Assembly: GCA_009937445.1 (NCBI GenBank)
Contig: JAACFM010000002.1
Location: 11,551 to 75,550 of the forward strand
DNA length: 64,000 nucleotides
Source of the DNA: Gammaproteobacteria bacterium
Lineage (GTDB): Bacteria > Pseudomonadota > Gammaproteobacteria > Steroidobacterales > Woeseiaceae
Reading direction: 5' to 3'
Shown: one piece after another, positions 59,631 through 64,000 of the stretch
How positions within the stretch are numbered: the stretch's first letter is position 1
How the letters are laid out: each line of letters starts with the position of its first letter
The notes under the pieces: model-generated
Told to the model about the DNA's origin: nothing
Seen by the model: only the letters and a program-made list of their open reading frames with translations
Databases searched by the model: none
Position numbers and translations under genes: made by a program

Positions 59631-62600
59631 ATGAACAACCAATCTCGATTCAATAGATCGACCCTCGCGACGTTACGGCAAGTGACTCTCGCAGCTTTTG
59701 CTGCTGTCATGATGCTGGCGGTACCTGTTGCGGGAAACGCACAGGACACAACGTCGTCAATTCGAGGCAAGATTCTTGACACCTCCGGCAATCCCGTCGG
59801 CGGTGCATCCATAGTCGTGGAAGACTTACGGAGCGGAGTTTCAAGAACATTCACCACTAATAATGGCGGATTGTTTTTTGCTTCCAGGCTTCTGCCAGGT
59901 GGACCGTACAGGGTCACACTAAACGGCACAGACACCACAACGATTCCGTCAATCAGTGTCGGCGACACTTACGGTCTCACTATGAATTTGCAGGAAGAAG
60001 CTCCAATTGATGAGATTGTTACGGTCGGCAGCGCTACAGACATGGTCGAGGTCGCGTCGGGTCCATCGGCAACATTTAACATCGCCGACCTCGAAAATTC
60101 GGTCTCGTTCAGCCGCGACATCTCCGATGTATACGGCATCGATCCCCGCTTGATGATTGACGTCGATGAAGATGGCGTTGGCATCAACTGCGGCGGTAAA
60201 CATCCCCGCTTCAACGCCACGACACTGGACGGTGTCAGCATGGGTGACCGCTTCGGTCTCAACGAGAATGGTTATTCGACAGCGGTTGGCATGCCATTCC
60301 CTTATGACGGTATCGAACAGATCGCTGTTGAGCTTGCGCCATTCGATGTCACCTACGGCGGATTTTCGGCCTGCATCATCAACTCGATTACGAAGTCCGG
60401 AACCAACGAATGGGAAGGCAAGGCGTTTTACGAGTATTCGAACAACAATTTGCGTGGCGACACGGTCAAGGGCGACGACTCTAATCATTCACGCGATTCT
60501 TATGACAAGACCACCTTGGGCTTCAATATTGGCGGCCCAATCATCAAAGACAAACTGTTTGTTTTTGCTGCTTACGAAGAGAGCGAAATTCCGCGATTCC
60601 TCGCAAAGGGCTATTCCGGTTCTGGCAATGGCGAAGAGCGGGCGTGGCTGAGCCAGGCGGATTACGACCGCATCGAGCAGATTGCTCAGAATGTGTACGG
60701 TTATGAGCCGGGCGGTCAACCGGGCGATGGAACACAAGAATCCGAAAAATACATGGTGCGACTCGATTGGAATATCAACGATGACCACAACGCTGCAGTG
60801 ATCTATAACTATTTCGATGGTTTTCAGCTGCGCGATTCAGACGGCGACGATAACGAATTCGAGTTTTCGAATCACTACTACACCAAAGGTGCTGAAGCCG
60901 AGTCGATCTCGATAAAGCTGGCGTCGCAGTGGAATGACAGGTTTTCTACAGAGCTGTTCTACAACAACAGCACAATGGATGACTCGCAGGTAACGGTCGG
61001 CGATGGGGGTTTTGCCGACACGCAAATCACCATTGAAGAAGCCGACGGTACTCGCAATACGGTCTACCTCGGTGCTGATGACTCACGCCAGGCAAACAGT
61101 CTGGACACTGAGGTTTCGTTGATCAAGTTGTCTGCAAGCTACCTGGCTGGCGATCACGTGATCACTGCCGGTTACGACAGAGAGACGCTCGATATTTTCA
61201 ATATCTTCGTGCAGCACTCCAGAGGCGGTGAATACGATTACTTCGACAGCTCACGCTCCAACGACCCCGCCTGCGCCCTTTTGACGGCACAGGAGCGCTA
61301 TGACGGCGTTGATGGCTGTCGCGTGTCAGGTATCGATCGTTTCGAACTGGGTCGACCTAGCCGCATGTATTACGGCAGTGCCGGCGGTACCAACAACGCG
61401 CTCGATGCAGCGGCGGTCTTTCAAAACACGCAGAACACTATTTATCTGCAGGATGAGATCTTCGTCGATCACCTCGGCTTGACTATCGTTGCAGGATTAC
61501 GCTACGAGTGGTGGGAAAGTGATGATCGTCCGACGTTCAATCAGGCTGTTAGCGACGCAACGGGTGTAAGGAATGACGCCAATCTCGATGGAATCGACCT
61601 GGTTATGCCGCGAATCGGTGCCACTTGGGAAGCAACTGACACCCTTACGCTGCGTGGTGGTGTTGGTCTGTATTCCGGCGGCAACCCGAATGTCTGGCTT
61701 TCAAACGCTTGGAGTAACGACGGCATAACCAACGTTCAGCCTGGCGGCAGAAGCGGTTGGGACAGACAGTTCGACGATGATGTAACCGGGGCCTGGACAG
61801 TTCTTCCGGGTTCCCCAGATTCCGTTCCTTTGAGCGGCGAAGGTCGTCCTAACTACGACGTTCCGCAGGCTATCTATGACTATGTCGGTGCTACTACAGC
61901 GGCTGATGCAAGCGTAGAAGGTGTCAATCTTATTGACCCGAACTACAAGCAACCCAGCGAGTGGAAATTTGCTATGGGTGGTACCTGGGATATGCCGTGG
62001 GGCGACTTCACACTGGACTTCGACTATCTGCATACCCGTGGCAAGAATCCTGCTTTTTACCAGGATATCTCGCAGGAAATCGTTGCAACCACGATGGCCG
62101 GCTCACCCATCTATGACTACTACGGCGATGCCGAAGACGTCCTGATGCTAACGAACTCATCGTCTACGCCGGTATCGAATATGGTGTCGTTTGTCCTGTC
62201 AAAAGAGTTTGATTGGGGCCTTGATATGACATTGGGCTACGCTTGGGTTGATGGCGAGGACGTTTCGCCGATGGTTGCCTCGACTGCCGGCTCAAACTTC
62301 AGCGGTGGCGCATTGCTGGACATCAATGATCCGGGCGCTTCTCAGTCGAACTGGACGGTTCCACAACGTCTTACCGCGAGCTTCTACTATTCCAAAGCTC
62401 TGTTCGGAGACAATCTGACCCGCATCATGCTTCAGGGCTACGCTAACGAAGGTCAAGCTCAGTCTTACGTCATGGAAAGCGACAACCTCGAAGGAGACGG
62501 ATTCAGTGATCGTCACTTGTTGTACATCCCGAACGGTGCTGGCGATCCGAATGTCGTATACGGTGATGGCTTCGATCAGTCAGCATTTTTTGCATTCGTA

Positions 62601-62942
62601 GCACGCGAAGGCTTGGCTCCCGGCTTCCACGAGAGAAACTCGAAGAATGCTCGCTGGTCTACGGTCTGGAATCTGAGCATTCGCCAGGACGTACCACTCG
62701 GCAACACGTTGCGCGGAATTGTGTACCTCAAGGTCAAGAACCTTGGCAACCTGCTGAATGATGATTGGGGCCGAGTGACCGATGCTCAGTACTTCCCAAT
62801 TCGAGTCGTGGATGCGGAGGTGGATGACGAAGGTCGTTTCGAATACAACTCGTTTAGCGACCGATCACTCGAGCGCCAATACGTCAACCCAAGCCTTTGG
62901 GAAGTTCGTATGGGTCTTGATATCCGGTTTGGCGGTAACTAA
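59631..62942 (+). CDS. Large TonB-dependent receptor with N-terminal carboxypeptidase-regulatory-like domain (Oar-like)
   Basis: Signal peptide. SIRGKILDTSGNPVGGASIVVEDLRSG (CarboxypepD_reg-like), then plug and an ~900-aa barrel. Confidence 0.88.
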   Translation: MNNQSRFNRSTLATLRQVTLAAFAAVMMLAVPVAGNAQDTTSSIRGKILDTSGNPVGGASIVVEDLRSGVSRTFTTNNGGLFFASRLLPGGPYRVTLNGTDTTTIPSISVGDTYGLTMNLQEEAPIDEIVTVGSATDMVEVASGPSATFNIADLENSVSFSRDISDVYGIDPRLMIDVDEDGVGINCGGKHPRFNATTLDGVSMGDRFGLNENGYSTAVGMPFPYDGIEQIAVELAPFDVTYGGFSACIINSITKSGTNEWEGKAFYEYSNNNLRGDTVKGDDSNHSRDSYDKTTLGFNIGGPIIKDKLFVFAAYEESEIPRFLAKGYSGSGNGEERAWLSQADYDRIEQIAQNVYGYEPGGQPGDGTQESEKYMVRLDWNINDDHNAAVIYNYFDGFQLRDSDGDDNEFEFSNHYYTKGAEAESISIKLASQWNDRFSTELFYNNSTMDDSQVTVGDGGFADTQITIEEADGTRNTVYLGADDSRQANSLDTEVSLIKLSASYLAGDHVITAGYDRETLDIFNIFVQHSRGGEYDYFDSSRSNDPACALLTAQERYDGVDGCRVSGIDRFELGRPSRMYYGSAGGTNNALDAAAVFQNTQNTIYLQDEIFVDHLGLTIVAGLRYEWWESDDRPTFNQAVSDATGVRNDANLDGIDLVMPRIGATWEATDTLTLRGGVGLYSGGNPNVWLSNAWSNDGITNVQPGGRSGWDRQFDDDVTGAWTVLPGSPDSVPLSGEGRPNYDVPQAIYDYVGATTAADASVEGVNLIDPNYKQPSEWKFAMGGTWDMPWGDFTLDFDYLHTRGKNPAFYQDISQEIVATTMAGSPIYDYYGDAEDVLMLTNSSSTPVSNMVSFVLSKEFDWGLDMTLGYAWVDGEDVSPMVASTAGSNFSGGALLDINDPGASQSNWTVPQRLTASFYYSKALFGDNLTRIMLQGYANEGQAQSYVMESDNLEGDGFSDRHLLYIPNGAGDPNVVYGDGFDQSAFFAFVAREGLAPGFHERNSKNARWSTVWNLSIRQDVPLGNTLRGIVYLKVKNLGNLLNDDWGRVTDAQYFPIRVVDAEVDDEGRFEYNSFSDRSLERQYVNPSLWEVRMGLDIRFGGN

Positions 62943-62971
62943 GCCGGACAGTCTATTGTCTTAGACACAAA

Positions 62972-62999
62972 GGGCGGCCTGAAAAGGCCGCCCTTTTTT
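62972..62999. terminator. Rho-independent terminator between convergent genes
   Basis: GGGCGGCC-TGAAAA-GGCCGCCC hairpin followed by TTTTTT, with an A-rich tract on the other side. It could therefore serve both strands. Confidence 0.8.
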
Positions 63000-63025
63000 G
63001 TTGCCTGACAATTATGAGTCGGGCG

Positions 63026-64000
63026 CTAGTCGATGAAACAAGGCTGCTTGCTCTCTCGCAGTTCATGAAAGCGCCTATTCTGCGCATCGACAGCGACACC
63101 AACCTTCAACCCCTGCGCTTGCGCCGCAAGCACCGCATCAAGAACCAGATACTTCAGCTCCGACGCGGGAAGTGATGCCGGGCGATCTTTCGGAATCTGG
63201 TAGCCATCCCCGCCACCGTAGAGAAAATCCGGGACGACGAGGCTGTAGTGTTTGTCGCTGCCAATTTCCTGCCAACCACCATCGCTTGGAACTTGCAGAC
63301 TCACGATACGATCTCCCTCAAAGCGACTGCGGTCCACACACAGTCGAAAACCGGAAACTTGCGGAAAATAGCCCTGGGTCCCGCCGGCACCACGATAACC
63401 CGCTTCCATGATTTGCCGAAACTCCGCACCTGAGACCGTCGTGTGTCTGAGAAACGAGCTAAACCCGAAGGTCCTGCCAATGTCTTCGAAACGAATATCG
63501 TCTTCGATCATATCGTCGATTCGTAAAGTGCCACCGTTGATAAAAGCGAGGTCCGCTGCAGGCTCACCAAACGCCACCCTCATCTGATCAGCGATAAAAT
63601 TACCCCAACTGCTTTCTACACTGCGAACTGCAACTTCGCGTGCGTCCATTGCCAGCGCTGCGGTACCAATGCGGGCTTCGAGAAACGGAAATCTCTCCAG
63701 CAGTTGACCGCGCCATTTGTCCTCGAGCAGCTGGTAATCCGCATCAACCGCGACGCTCTCATCAAGATCCAGCGTCCTTGTTTCGATAAGCGGTAACCCG
63801 GCATCGTCGAAACTCATGTCGATGGTCCAAATCACCCTCGCATTGGACGCCCCTTTCATGACGGCGGCTGAGGTGTCGCTCAGTGGACTGTATTCCGGTT
63901 CGTGATCATGACCACCAACAACAAAGACGAACGTCGGGTGCCTGCTTCTCAAGCGAGCAATTTCCAGATCCTGTGACATATAAAGATGCGTCAGGCCGAC
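63026..64000 (-). CDS. Bifunctional metallophosphatase/5'-nucleotidase (UshA-like); N-terminus outside the window
   Basis: 5'-nucleotidase C-terminal domain blocks (SSWGNFIADQMR, INGGTLRID) and the tail of the metallophosphatase domain (VVGGHDHEPE). The reading frame stays open upstream of the ORF-track Met to base 64000. Confidence 0.85.
   Translation of the reverse strand, partial: VGLTHLYMSQDLEIARLRSRHPTFVFVVGGHDHEPEYSPLSDTSAAVMKGASNARVIWTIDMSFDDAGLPLIETRTLDLDESVAVDADYQLLEDKWRGQLLERFPFLEARIGTAALAMDAREVAVRSVESSWGNFIADQMRVAFGEPAADLAFINGGTLRIDDMIEDDIRFEDIGRTFGFSSFLRHTTVSGAEFRQIMEAGYRGAGGTQGYFPQVSGFRLCVDRSRFEGDRIVSLQVPSDGGWQEIGSDKHYSLVVPDFLYGGGDGYQIPKDRPASLPASELKYLVLDAVLAAQAQGLKVGVAVDAQNRRFHELRESKQPCFID

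Overview
Densely coded, moderately GC-rich chromosomal segment of a Gram-negative bacterium. Gene content suggests a marine gammaproteobacterium: several TonB-dependent receptors, a Pseudomonas-type five-step hut pathway and PuuD/PuuE-type urate catabolism. That taxon call is inference only. I saw no rRNA, tRNA, CRISPR array, transposase, integrase or phage genes, and only one clear Rho-independent terminator. Gene order: (1) NAD-dependent formate dehydrogenase fdsB (5' partial) and fdsA. (2) A membrane-anchored TPR protein, a small membrane protein and a SYLF protein. (3) A minus-strand chain hutF-hutC-hutU-hutH-hutG plus a SorA-like molybdoenzyme and its cytochrome c, where every junction is a 4-nt ATGA overlap; it diverges from hutI and an MFS gene across a perfect TGTATATACA palindrome. 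(4) A redox/efflux block: nitroreductase, cytochrome b561, stand-alone AsnC-type ligand domain, exported thioredoxin-fold protein and a three-gene MacAB-like exporter. (5) A 7TM-PAS-GGDEF cyclase. (6) An orphan AlbA_2/Schlafen-like protein. (7) LOG plus two divergent paralogous phosphoribosyltransferases, glycerate kinase, OsmC and monomeric isocitrate dehydrogenase. (8) A 10-gene operon covering guanine/xanthine to glyoxylate (uraH-xdhABC-puuD-puuE-uraD-alc-allA-guaD). (9) An exported RidA. (10) The most unusual block: an exported PPP phosphatase fused to a PI3/4K-/Fam20-like kinase fold with a degenerate catalytic loop, divergent from a secreted CotH-like kinase, beside DUF4956 and an alpha/beta-hydrolase-like gene. 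(11) Nucleoside catabolism: adenosine kinase, deoD carrying an in-frame deletion, deoC, an aldehyde dehydrogenase and a catalytic-domain-less ALDH paralog. (12) A TonB receptor/lipoprotein/EEP nuclease/second TonB receptor/5'-nucleotidase locus that looks like extracellular nucleic-acid or organophosphate scavenging. I found no canonical defence system. The best candidate for an undescribed system is the secreted kinase/phosphatase module at about 44.0-48.8 kb. All homology statements come from reading motifs by eye, not from searches.
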